Origin: Macrostomum hystrix
Lineage: Eukaryota > Animalia > Platyhelminthes
DNA length: 64,000 bases
Reading direction: 5' to 3'
NCBI GenBank assembly: GCA_950097015.1
Contig: CATNEN010000025.1
Coordinates: 8,990,001-9,054,000, forward strand
The position numbers and the translations under genes were made by a program. A model generated the notes under the pieces. It searched no databases and had not been told where the DNA came from. It worked only from the letters and a program-made list of their open reading frames with translations. Every line of letters begins with the position of its first letter. Within the stretch, counting starts at the first letter, position 1. Below are positions 35,572 to 47,667 of the stretch, piece by piece.

Positions 35572-36410
35572 AACAGGTAGTGGGAGATGGGAAGAGAGGA
35601 ACCGGTAGTGGGGGAATGAGAAGAGGGGAACAGGTAGTGGGGAATGAGAAGAGGGGAACAGGTAGTGGGGAATGAGAAGAGGGGAACAGGTAGTGGGGAA
35701 TGAGAAGAGAGGAACAGGTAGTGGGGAATGAGAAGAGGGGAACAGGTAGTGGGGAATGAGAAGAGAGGAACAGGTAGTGGGGAATGAGAAGAGAGGAACA
35801 GGTAGTGGGGAATGAGAAGAGAGGAACAGGTAGTGGGGAATGAGAAGAGGGGAACAGGTAGTGGGGAATGAGAAGGGAGGAACAGGTAGTGGGGGAATGA
35901 GAAGAGGGGAACAGGTAGTGGGGAATGAGAAGAGGGGAACAGGTAGTGGGGAATGAGAAGAGGGGAACAGGTAGTGGGGAATGAGAAGAGGGGAACAGGT
36001 AGTGGGGGAATGAGAAGAGGGGAACAGGTAGTGGGGGGTGAGAAGAGGAAAACAGGTAGTGGGGAATGAGAAGGGAGGAACAGGTAGTGGGGGATGAGAA
36101 GAGGGGAACAGGTAGTGGGGAATGAGAAGGGAGGAACAGGTAGTGGGGGATGAGAAGAGGGGAACAGGTAGTGGAAGAATGAGAAGAGGGGAACAGATAG
36201 TGGGGAATGAGAAGAGGGGAACAGGTAGTGGGGGAATGAGAAGGGAGGAACAGGTAGTGGGGAATGAGAAGGGAGGAACAGGTAGTGGGGGATGAGAAGA
36301 GGGGAACAGGTAGTGGGGAATGAGAAGAGGGGAACAGCTAGTGGGGAATGAGAAGAGAGAAACAGTTATTGGGAGAACGGAAAGAGGGGAACAGGTAGTG
36401 GGGAACGGGA
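35572..36410. repeat. 28-nt G-rich minisatellite GGAACAGGTAGTGGGGAATGAGAAGAGG
   Basis: Direct reading. Confidence 0.95.
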
Positions 36411-37734
36411 ACTATGGCATAGCTGTATGGGTAATGGAGAATATTTTTTCTAATAGCCGTCATTATTTAATTTACTATTGGTATTACAAGCGTAGTATGA
36501 ATATCGTGTGTTGCGGGCCAGGATAACGAACAATTGGTGTCTGCCCAGGGGGGCAGGAAAAGCAGCGATGCGAGATAAGCGGCATAATTTCCCAATACCG
36601 GTTGGGATGGTGCCTGGGATCCAGAAACCAGGAGTGGGGATCAGGACTGGGGAGGGGATAATTGTGCCAAGGTCTTCATTTTCCGACCAGCCGTGTGCTG
36701 GGCAGCCTGCCAAAACTGGCTCGTTAAGCTGCGGCGCCCTCCGCTGACGTAACTTGTCCGACTCTGCAACACACATTCTCCCCTCTCACTCTCCCTCTCT
36801 ACCTAACTCCCTCCATTTCTCCCACTCCCCCACTTCATTTTATTTAATTAATTAATGAGTTTTACTAGTTTTATTTTAACCTCAGTGCTTATTCTCTACC
36901 GCGTCAGTTCCCGGTATAGAAGGCGTTCTCCCCTCTCCCTCTCTCTCCCCTACCTTAAATCCCAAGAAACTAGGCCCCATTCTCCAGTTTTCCATCAGTT
37001 ATCACTCTCAGTCTCCCACTTCTTCTTTTCCCTCTCTCTCCCTATTCTCTCGCCTGGTTCCCTAATCCTCTCTCAGCCTCCTTATCAGTCACCCAGTCTC
37101 TAAGCGCGGATACACCTGCTAGTGTTCCCTGATCCTTCTTGATCTGCTATAGGTCAGTTAGTTGTCAGCGCGTCTCCCTAGACGACTGTGAAATTGACCC
37201 GCAGTTGCACAGTCCTCCAGTAGCGGCTCGTTGGTACTTTATAATGTCGAGCATGAGAGAGAGAGAGAGAGAGAGAATATACGGTGGAAGGCAATATAGC
37301 GGGTCAGTCTGTCTGACGCAGGAAATGCCCCGCGAGTCCAGTGGGGCGGAGGCAAAGCGGCGGCCACCTAATTACTTTGCTCGGCCTGTCTAGCGCCAGT
37401 TTGAACCGTTTTTCTTCGCAACAGCCAGCCAATAAATATAAGCATCTAGAAGACGTATAGAACCTACAAACGGACAGCGTCGGATTTTCTATTGGGGAAT
37501 GGTGGAGGGGTTGGGGCTAATTAATGAAATCGCTTGATTAGAGCCGCCAAGCCGATAGCCGCTATACCCGATTCTCAAATCTTAATCGTAAAGAACGATA
37601 AATCGTAGAAGACTGAGATATTTTCACGCGACATTGGAAGGAGGCGGCAACACCCATTTGGGAGAATATTGAAGATTAAGTATGACTGAGAGCCATAAAG
37701 AGGCTGATAAAAATAGTATTAGTGGAAGTCAAGG

Positions 37735-38600
37735 CAGGAGAGAGTAGAACAGAGAGCTGAGAGAGTAGACTGCAGAGAAGACAACAGGGAGAGAGAGTAG
37801 ACTGGAGAGTAGACAACAGGGAGAGAGTAGACTGCAGAGTAGACAACAGGGAGAGAGTAGACTGCAGAGTAGACAACAGGAAGAGAGTAGACTGCAGAGT
37901 AGACAACAGGGAGAGAGTAGACTGCAGAGTAGACAACAGGGAGAGAGTAGACTGCAGAGTAGACAACAGGGAGAGAGTAGACTGCAGAGTAGACAACAGG
38001 GAGAGAGTAGACTGCAGAGTAGACAACAGGGAGAGAGTAGACTGCAGAGTAGACAACAGGAAGAGAGTAGACTGCAGAGTAGACAACAGGGAGAGAGTAG
38101 ACTGCAGAGTAGACAACAGGGAGAGAGTAGACTGCAGAGTAGACAACAGGGAGAGAGTAGACTGCAGAGTAGACAACAGGGAGAGAGTAGACTGCAGAGT
38201 AGACAACAGGGAGAGAGTAGACTGCAGAGTAGACAACAGGAAGAGAGTAGACTGCAGAGTAGACAACAGGGAGAGAGTAGACTGCAGAGTAGACAACAGG
38301 GAGAGAGTAGACTGCAGAGTAGACAACAGGAAGAGAGTAGACTGCAGAGTAGACAACAGGGAGAGAGTAGACTGCAGAGTAGACAACAGGGAGAGAGTAG
38401 ACTGCAGAGTAGACAACAGGGAGAGAGAGTAGACTGGAGAGTAGACAAAAGGGAGAGAGAGTAGACTGCAGAGTAGACAACAGGAAGAGAGTAGACTGCA
38501 GAGTAGACAACAGGGAGAGAGAGTAGACTGCAGAGTAAACAAAAGGGAGAGAGAGTAGACTGCAGAGTAGACAACAGGGAGAGAGAGTAGACTGTAAATT
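37735..38600. repeat. 30-nt minisatellite, homogeneous array
   Basis: Direct reading. Confidence 0.96.
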
Positions 38601-38658
38601 TGACAATCGAGAGAATGTAGGTTGCAGAGTAGTAATAATAATTTTATTTTTCGATTAA

Positions 38659-38942
38659 AACTGCCCCAATTGGGCCAGATGTGCTGCCGACAGCACAGCC
38701 GCAGCTATTGCGCGACGCATCTGAAGGCTGCGTGCGACTTTTCAGTCCATGGACTGGGGAGGGGGGCACACACCCACCCTCAATTATCCCAGCTGATGCT
38801 GCTACCCGTTTTTACAGCTGGGTGAACTGAAGCAATGCAGAGTTAAGTGTCTTGCTAAAGGACACAAATTATTCCAGTTGAGTCGGGAATCGAACCACCG
38901 ACCTACAAGTCGCGAGTCCGACGCTCTAACCACAAGCCTAAA
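38659..38942 (-). mobile_element. tRNA-derived SINE, family 1
   Basis: Colinear similarity to 21003-21290 including the B-box and CORE-like block. Confidence 0.75.
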
Positions 38943-39855
38943 GCTTCCTTTTCAGAGTAGACAACATATATGGACTGCGAGAGACTGAGTAGGCTGTCAT
39001 TAAGGTGGCGGATTCGAACCAACGACCCTTTCGGACGAGTTGCCGTTTCGTCACTTAGTCCCGAATTATTTCTACAAACTTAACTGTCTAAATTTTCCCC
39101 TCGCAATGGAAGGTGATCCGCTAGAGCTGTCAGTCTTCCTAACCATTTTCTAGCTTCTTCTTTTCGTATATTTTAATGAGTTAAGCTTCCGTCAGTCGCA
39201 ACTGTTTGAATTTTAAAACTGACTAACCTAGTTTTAGTCTTAGAAATACACAAACCCAATTATCCCGTATTTCTGTTGATACCAGTCTGCTCTTATATCT
39301 TATATCTTATCTTATATTGCAGCTTGCCAAAGTCCTTGGCAACAACTATCTTCCCTCCCGCAATATCCGGCTGGCCGGCTGCCAAAGCTTGTGCACTTGT
39401 AAACTATCGTTTCAATAGCGAAATCTGTGCTTTATTGATTGGTTCGAATACCTGCCCCCTAAGGGTCAATGGCAAAGAGAAATCATGCCTCGAAAAAAAG
39501 ATTGGACTCGTGAGAAACTGCGGCTTGCCCATTGTGTGCCGCTAGCGTTGCTAACCCCAGTTCTTCTAACCAACCAATTAGATTGCAGCCAGGTCGTAAA
39601 GTGTTCTTTTAAAGAAGTTGCTTGAAATCTGGCCAGGCATTAAGCGAAGGCACACAGAAAAGCTAGTTGCCTGCGAGTGTGTGTGCTTCCTACAGCTGCC
39701 ATAGTTTAAGACAGTTAAAAAAACAAATACAATACTGTATCTGTCTACTGTTGCGCAACTCAGCAACAGTAACCGCTGAGCCACCGAAGCAGCCGCAGCC
39801 GCCGCCGCCGCCGCCGCCGCAGCCGTTAGTCAATGCTGGCCAAGCATCTCTCCAA

Positions 39856-42800
39856 ATGTTTGGCAGTAACAGGCGGCAGTCAAGGCTAGAGCTGCTCGGC
39901 TTGCATAGTCTGGCGAGGTGAGTGGAGTTTGAAGCAAAAACATTCCTAGATTAGTAATACGGTAAGGATATATGCAAGCAGAGAACAAAACTAGCTAAAT
40001 AAAATTTTTTTGTTCTAACGGGTTGTTAAGTTTTCCTAGGCAGTGAAGCTACATCAGACACTCGATATCAAAATCTGACATCTGAAATCGACATTCGACA
40101 TTTGAAACCGATTTTTGACTTCTGAAATGGGCACCCGACATATGTAGTTTACATCCGACATCTGAAATCGACACCCGACATCTGAAATCGACATCCGACA
40201 TATGAAATCGCCACCCGACATCTGAAATCGACACCCGACATCTGAAATCGACACCCGACATCTGAAATCGACACCCGACATCTGAAATCGACACCCGACA
40301 TCTGAAATCGACACCCGACATCTGAAATCGACACCCGACATCTGAAATCGACACCCGACATCTGAAATCGACACCCGACATCTGAAATCGACATCCGACA
40401 TATGAAATCGCCACCCGACATCTGAAATCGACACCCGACATCTGAAATCGACACCCAACATCTGAAATCGACACCCGAAATCCCACTTTATTGAAGTGGG
40501 CCTACAGTCGCATATTGCTCTTTGTTTGCATACCCCAGCTTGGCCATACTTACTTACCTAATCGTCGGCTTTCGATGGATTCGGGCTAATGATTGAACAC
40601 TTAGTGCTGTGATGTTGCGAGGGGTGGCTACATTTGCCAAGCTGTTTAAGGTCTAGAAGTAGTCTGCAAACAGGTTTGACAGGTTTGTTTGCAATCCCAT
40701 TTCTCCCATATCTGTAGGCAGCCGAAGCTGATTATTCTGGCACTGTGGACTCTACTGCTGCTTCAGCTGCAACTGATACTGGTGAGTCTGCAGTCATCCA
40801 CTTCCACTGGCTTAAACAGTGCGTGGGCGTCCACGCGTAATTTATTTTGTGGGATTTCGATTTCATCTGTCCGCCTACGCAGCGGTGTCCTTGTCAAAGT
40901 TTTAGTTGAAAAGTTTCTGCTGAAAGAATGGCCCCGGAATATTGACAGTTGCTGGGGTTAGGGGACGAGAGAGAGGGATGAGTGACGGACCGCTGCAATG
41001 CACTCTATTTGGTCAGCGATGCACTTTTAAGGGGCTGGGCAGCGTGACTCATCCATCGGTGAAGTGGAAAACATCCCAGCTTGGATCAGTGACGAAGATT
41101 CTCTGGCGAGGCGCGCACCTTTAATTGGTGGGCTTTGCGGTGCAGGCTTGATTTCAAACAGCTGGCGGTTCGGCCTTTGATCTTTGAAGTTTTCCGCCGA
41201 TAAAGCCGAATGTGATTTATTATTTTGGGAAATTTCAGCACCACTAAGTCTGCTACCCAGAATTAGCAGAATTTATAAATAAATTACATATAACACTATT
41301 ATTTGGGCGCGAAGCCTTAGGATGGGGAGTTACTGCCAGGTGTTAAGCTGTTATCAATTGGTGCAGTTTGAGTGCTAAATGCTTCCAGGTGTGATACTGT
41401 TATCAATTGGTGCAGTTTGAGTGCTAAATGCTTCCAGGTGTGATACTGTTATCAATTGGTGCAGTTTGAGTGCTAAATGCTTCCAGGTGTGATACTGTTA
41501 TCAATTGATGCAGTTTGAGTGCTAAATGCTTCCAGGTGTGATACTGTTATCAATTGATGCAGTTGAGTGCTAAATGCTTCCAGGTGTGATACTGTTATCA
41601 ATTGGTGCAGTTTGAGTGCTAAATGCTTCCAGGTGTGATACTGTTATCAATTGGTGCAGTTGAGTGCTAAATGCTTCCAGGTGTGATACTGTTATCAATT
41701 GATGCAGTTTGAGTGCTAATTGCTTCCAGGTGTGATACTGTTATCAATTGATGCAGTTTGAGTGCTAATTGCTTCCAGGTGTGATACTGTTATCAATTGA
41801 TGCAGTTTGAGTGCTAATTGCTTCCAGGTGTGATACTGTTATCAATTGATGCAGTTTGAGTGCTAATTGCTTCCAGGTGTGATACTGTTATCAATTGATG
41901 CAGTTTGAGTGCTAAATGCTTCCAGGTGTGATACTGTTATCAATTGATGCAGTTGAGTGCTAAATGCTTCCAGGTGTGATACTGTTATCAATTGATGCAG
42001 TTTGAGTGCTAATTGCTTCCAGGTGTGATACTGTTATCAATTGGTGCAGTTTGAGTGCTAATTGCTTCCAGGTGTGATACTGTTATCAATTGGTGCAGTT
42101 TGAGTGCTAAATGCTTCCAGGTGTGATACTGTTATCAATTGGTGCAGTTTGAGTGCTAATTGCTTCCAGGTGTGATACTGTTATCAATTGGTGCAGTTGA
42201 GTGCTAAATGCTTCCAGGTGTGATACTGTTATCAATTGGTGCAGTTGAGTGCTAAATGCTTCCAGGTGTGATACTGTTATCAATTGGTGCAGTTTGAGTG
42301 CTAAATGCTTCCAGGTGTGATACTGTTATCAATTGGTGCAGTTTGAGTGCTAAATGCTTCCAGGTGTGATACTGTTATCAATTGGTGCAGTTTGAGTTCT
42401 AATTGCTTCCAGGTGTGATACTGTTATCAATTGGTGCAGTTGAGTGCTAAATGCTTCCAGGTGTGATACTGTTATCAATTGGTGCAGTTGAGTGCTAAAT
42501 GCTTCCAGGTGTGATACTGTTATCAATTGGTGCAGTTTGAGTGCTAAATGCTTCCAGGTGTGATACTGTTATCAATTGGTGCAGTTGAGTGCTAAATGCT
42601 TCCAGGTGTGATACTGTTATCAATTGGTGCAGTTTGAGTGCTAATTGCTTCCAGGTGTGATACTGTTATCAATTGATGCAGTTTGAGTGCTAATTGCTTC
42701 CAGGTGTGATACTGTTATCAATTGATGCAGTTTGAGTGCTAATTGCTTCCAGGTGTGATACTGTTATCAATTGATGCAGTTTGAGTGCTAATTGATTCCA

Positions 42801-44643
42801 GGTGTGATACTGTTATCGATTGAAGCGGTTTGAGTGCTAATTACTGCCAGGTGTGTGATTGTTGTTGAAGTACAAGCCATTATAAAATAGAGATAATTTC
42901 GACGCCCGTGTCTGACACGTACACCTGTACTTGACGATTCGAACGAGCCTAATTTACCTGTTCTACTGCTTCCAGCGAGTCTCAGCGGCCAGCAACCGTG
43001 TCTTGGATAGCGGACCAATCAGCGACTTCCTGGCTGGCGAAGTTGGCGCCAGCCCGAAGCAGCGGGTCATTCGCCTGCGCTCCATGTGCGCCGATGGCTT
43101 CTTGGCGCCGGCGAGCAGTCAGACACCGCACCAAAGATTTGGGGCCGTCACAGCCTCACGCGGATTGGATTACTCAGCAGGGGCAAACGAGACAATATTG
43201 GCCGTTATGAATGGTTTGCTTCAGTTATTGCAGATCCCTGGTCACAGGATTTCAGATCCCACGATTTCAGATCCCATTATTTCAGATCCCATGATTTCAG
43301 ATCCCATTATTTCAGATCCCATGATTTCAGATCCCATGATTTCAGCTCCCATGATTTCAGATCCCATGATTTCAGCTCCCATGATTTCAGATCCCATTAT
43401 TTCAGATCCCAGGATTTCAGATCCCATGATTTCAGCTCCCATGATTTCAGATCCCATTATTTCAGATCCCAGGATTTCAGATCCCATGATTTCAGCTCCC
43501 ATGATTTCAGATCCCATTATTTCAGATCCCAGGATTTCAGATCCCATGATTTCAGATCCCATGATTTCAGATCCCATGATTTCAGATCCCATGATTTCAG
43601 ATCCCATGATTTCAGATCCAATGATTTCAGATCCCAGGATTTCAGATCCCATGATTTCAGATCCCATGAATTCAGATCCCATGATTTCAGATCCCATGAT
43701 TTCAGATCCCATATAGCAATGATTATAATTCTCAATCGCAGAAATCTGGGAGGTGACGGACCACACTCGTCAGTTCGCAAGCCATCTGTCAAGAAAACTT
43801 CGATTGTCGCCCGCTGGACGGTCGGGTGGCATTCTTGTGGTCAGCTTCAGGGTCAAGAGTCAGAACATCGCTGGCAGCTATCTGTGCTTGAGTCGATCGG
43901 GTGAACTGTCTGTCCGGGTGAGTCAATTCAATTACTCTCTGAGTTGGGGAATTAACTCTTGAGGCACTGACCTCCTGGGAGATTGTGCAGCACTTGACCT
44001 CCTCGCAGAGTGCAAACCTTTATTTTAATATTAATGAAACAAGGCTTTTGCAATCATGATCGCATGCTCTGCCTTTGACACCGACAATCAGGCGCGTCGC
44101 ATTGAAAGTGGGGCGCGTGGCGTCACGGAGCGGGTCTGGCGCCGAGCCTGTCTGTTCTCGTTGGCGCCTACTCCGTCAGCCAGTCGAAGCTGCCTGAACC
44201 CAGACCGAAGGCCTAAATCAAATAGCGGCCTGTACCGACTTCGCTCGCTAGGCAGACCGTCAGTGCAACCTCGAATGCCGAATTGTCGATCTAGACGTCG
44301 ACAAAGAAGTCGAAAATCCAGGCGACGCAAGATGGTCAGACATCGGCGCCCGCGGCAGATGCGGCGGCAGCAGCGCCGACTAGGCCGAAGCGGCTGCGAA
44401 GATGCGGATCTGGTCCGGCTTTGCGACGCCGAGCAGCAGGTCGTGTACATCAGCGCGTGCAGACCATCTGGCTACATCGGCAGCCCCTATCTGCGGCGAT
44501 GCCATCAGCTGTGGCGAGTTGTCAGCCCGGAGCCTTCCACATTTGCCGCCTGCAGCCTGAATGACGAGCTGATGAAGTTCAACGATCGAATAGCCGACCG
44601 ACTGACTGACGGATTCTTCGGCAATGGCACAGCGGGCGTTTAA
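39856..44643 (+). CDS. Divergent secreted FGF-like protein, 5 exons
   Basis: Exons 39856-39917, 40718-40781 (hydrophobic signal), 42976 to ~43213 or 43240 (donor uncertain), 43742-43917, 44092-44643. RVIRLRSM..GFLA, GSYLCLSRSGEL and ACLF match the FGF core pattern and exon phases 1 and 0. Confidence 0.68.
40070..40480. repeat. 20-nt minisatellite TCTGAAATCGACACCCGACA
   Basis: Direct reading; FGF-like intron 1. Confidence 0.95.
41345..42850 (+). repeat. 49-nt minisatellite GTGTGATACTGTTATCAATTGGTGCAGTTTGAGTGCTAAATGCTTCCAG
   Basis: About 30 units, some 48 nt; FGF-like intron 2. Confidence 0.96.
43245..43712 (+). repeat. 15-nt minisatellite ATGATTTCAGATCCC
   Basis: Direct reading; inverted copy at 48790-49218. 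Confidence 0.96.
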
Positions 44644-44689
44644 GTGCAACACCTGACTGTCTGACTGCTGTTTTATCTCGGTGTGTCCT

Positions 44690-45092
44690 TAATGACTGTG
44701 AGAATCTCCTACTTGACTGTGAGAATCTCCTACTTGACTGTGAGAATCTCCTACCTGACTGTGAGAATCTCCTACCTGACTGTGAGAATCTCCCACCTGA
44801 CTGTGAAAATCTCCCACCTGACTGTGAGAATCTCCTACCTGACTGTAAGAATCTCCCACCTGACTGTAAGAATCTCCTACCTGACTGTAAGAATCTCCCA
44901 TCTGACTGTGAGAATCTCCCACCTGACTGTGAGAATCTCCCACCTGACTGTAAGAATTTCCTACCTGACTGTGTGAATCTCCCACCTGACTGTAAGAATC
45001 TCCCACCTGACTGTGAGAATCTCCCACCTGACTGTGAGAATCTCCCACCTGACTGTAAGAATCTCCCACCTGACTGTGAGAATCTCCTACCT
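44690..45092. repeat. 21-nt minisatellite CCTGACTGTGAGAATCTCC(C/T)A
   Basis: Direct reading. Confidence 0.95.
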
Positions 45093-45664
45093 CACTTGTT
45101 CGAGACTAAAATACCTCTCTCATTAATACTAAAAACGCGGCTAACACATTTATTTTTCTTTTTTATTTGAATGTACCTCAAATTGAAATCCTCTTTCAAC
45201 GTCATTTCGACATTTCAATCGATATTGACAGCAATCCGACTTCACAATCATCTGTGAAAAGTGCCCGGTATTTTTCATGTTCGCAATAAAACATGACAAT
45301 ACTGTAATAGTAACTGCCGCTTTCTCTAGAATACTGACATAGAAAGTCAGTTCGGTAGTGTGCTTTTATTTTTAGCCCGCTAGCTTTTTGTACACAGTCA
45401 GTTTATTGTAAATATACTTATTTATTTAAAGTTACATTTTACATGCTCGTATTTAGCCCTACTAAAAATCTAGACAATGTTTATAGTGCAGCTTGATAAT
45501 GATGTATCGCTATAGAAGCTACACTAGTGGACCGATAAGCATCAAATATACTGTACTTTTATCCAGGTACAAAAAAGCCCAGAAAAAATTAACAGCAATG
45601 CCGGTGTTTTACTGAACCTGCTTCATTTAATAAGCGAAATAAACTCCCTAGCTATTATTGAAGC

Positions 45665-47360
45665 CTGTGCCTCTCTCCCTCTCCCCTTCTGTACATCTCC
45701 CTCTCTGCCTCTCTCCCTCTCTGCCTCTCTACCTCTCCCCTTCTGTACATCTCCCTCTCTGCCTCTTACCCTCTCCCCTTCTCTACATCTCCCTCTCTGC
45801 CTCTCTCCCTCTCCCCTTCTCTACATCTCCCTCTCTGCCTCTTACCCTCTCCCCTTCTCTACATCTCCCTCTCTGCCTCTCTCCCTCTCCCCTTCTCTAC
45901 ATCTCCCTCTCTGCCTCTTACCCTCTCCCCTTCTCTACATCTCCCTCTCTGCCTCTCTCCCTCTCCCCTTCTGTACATCTCCCTCTCTGCCTCTTACCCT
46001 CTCCCCTTCTCTACATCTCCCTCTCTGCCTCTCTCCCTCTCCCCTTCTCTACATCTCCCTCTCTGCCTCTTACCCTCTCCCCTTCTCTACATCTCCCTCT
46101 CTGCCTCTCTCCCTCTCCCCTTCTGTACATCTCCCTCTCTACCTCTCTCCCTCTCCCCTTCTGTACATCTCCCTCTCTGCCTCTCTCCCTCTCCCCTTCT
46201 GTACATCTCCCTCTCTGCCTCTCTCCCTCTCCCCTTCTGTACATCTCCCTCTCTACCTCTCTCCCTCTCCCCTTCTGTACATCTCCCTCTCTGCCTCTCT
46301 CCCTCTCCCCTTCTGTACATCTCCCTCTCTACCTCTCTCCCTCTGCCCTTCTCTACATCTCCCTCTCTGCCTCTTACCCTCTCCCCTTCTGTACATCTCC
46401 CTCTCTACCTCTCTCCCTCTCCCCTTCTGTACATCTCCCTCTCTACCTCTCTCCCTCTCCCCTTCTCTACATCTCCCTCTCTGCCTCTCTCCCTCTCCCC
46501 TTCTGTACATCTCCCTCTCTACCTCTCTCCCTCTCCCCTTCTCTACATCTCCCTCTCTGCCTCTCTCCCTCTCCCCTTCTGTACATCTCCCTCTCTACTT
46601 CTCTCCCTCTCCCCTTCTCTACATCTCCCTCTCTGCCTCTCTCCCCCTCCCCTTCACTACATCTCCCTCTCTACCTCTCTCCCTCTCCCCTTCTCTACAT
46701 CTCCCTCTCTGCCTCTCTCCCCCTCCCCTTCACTACATCTCCCTCTCTACCTCTCTCCCTCTCCCCTTCTCTACATCTCCCTCTCTGCCTATCTCCCTCT
46801 CCCCTTCTGTACATCTCCCTCTCTGCCTCTCTCCCTCTCCCCTTCTGTACATCTCCCTCTCTACCTCTCTCCTTCTCCCCTTCTGTACATCTCCCTCTCT
46901 ACCTCTCTCCCTCTCCCCTTCTCTACATCTCCCTCTCTGCCTCTCTCCCTCTCTGCCTCTCTCCCTCTCTGCCTCTCTCCCTCTCTGCCTCTCTCCCTCT
47001 CTGCCTCTCTCCCTCTCTGCCTCTCTCCCTCTCTGCCTCTCTCCCTCTCTGCCTCTCTCCCTCTCTGCCTCTCTCCCTCTCTGCCTCTCTCCCTCTCTGC
47101 CTCTCTCCCTCTCTGCCTCTCTCCCTCTCTGCCTCTCTCCCTCTCTGCCTCTCTCCCTCTCTGCCTCTCTCCCTCTCTGCCTATCTCCCTCTCTGCCTCT
47201 CTCCCTCTCTGCCTCTCTCCCTCCCCCCGTCTCTACATCTCCCTCTGCCTCTCTCCCTCTCCCCGTCTCTACATCTCCCTCTCTACCTCTCTCCCTTTCT
47301 GCCTCTATCCCTCTCTGCCTCTCTCCCTCTCCCCTTCTCTACATCTCCCTCTCTCCCCTG
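45665..47360. repeat. Polypyrimidine 38-nt and 16-nt CT-rich repeats
   Basis: Direct reading; lies between the 3' ends of the FGF-like gene and gene B. Confidence 0.95.
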
Positions 47361-47667
47361 CTCTCACTCTCACTCTTCTACCACTCAGCCTGTGCACTCA
47401 AACCCACAATTGCTCCTTCAATTCTCACTCATTCAATTCTTGACCTGCCCTCTCTTCCCCTCCCTCTCTCCGTCTCCCTTGTCCCTCTTGTCTATTCTCC
47501 ATTATCTTCATTTTCTTACTGTCTCAAGCAGTTCATCTCAAAGTATGCAAGCAAATAAGCCTGTTGCAATAAGGAAAAGTATTGTTTTCAAATCTTTGCC
47601 TTCCAAATTGTTTGTGTCGCGCACATGATTCAGCTGTTTCCATAATCCAAGAGTTTTCTGCGGCAGC

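Noticed and set aside
35572-36410. CAGGTAG Zelda/TAGteam motif in each unit (also in 24-mer variants)
   Set aside because: Zelda is an arthropod factor and nothing here indicates an arthropod; the motif is also just a CAG|GT junction.
36506-36774. GC-rich 269-bp segment with 9-bp inverted ends (GTGTGTTGC...GCAACACAC), possible MITE or solo LTR
   Set aside because: No TSD and no second copy in the window; cannot be supported without a genome search.
41345-42850. CRISPR-like regular arrays (also 19465-20590 and 51125-52015)
   Set aside because: Units are head-to-tail with no unique spacers, there are no cas genes, and the context is eukaryotic.
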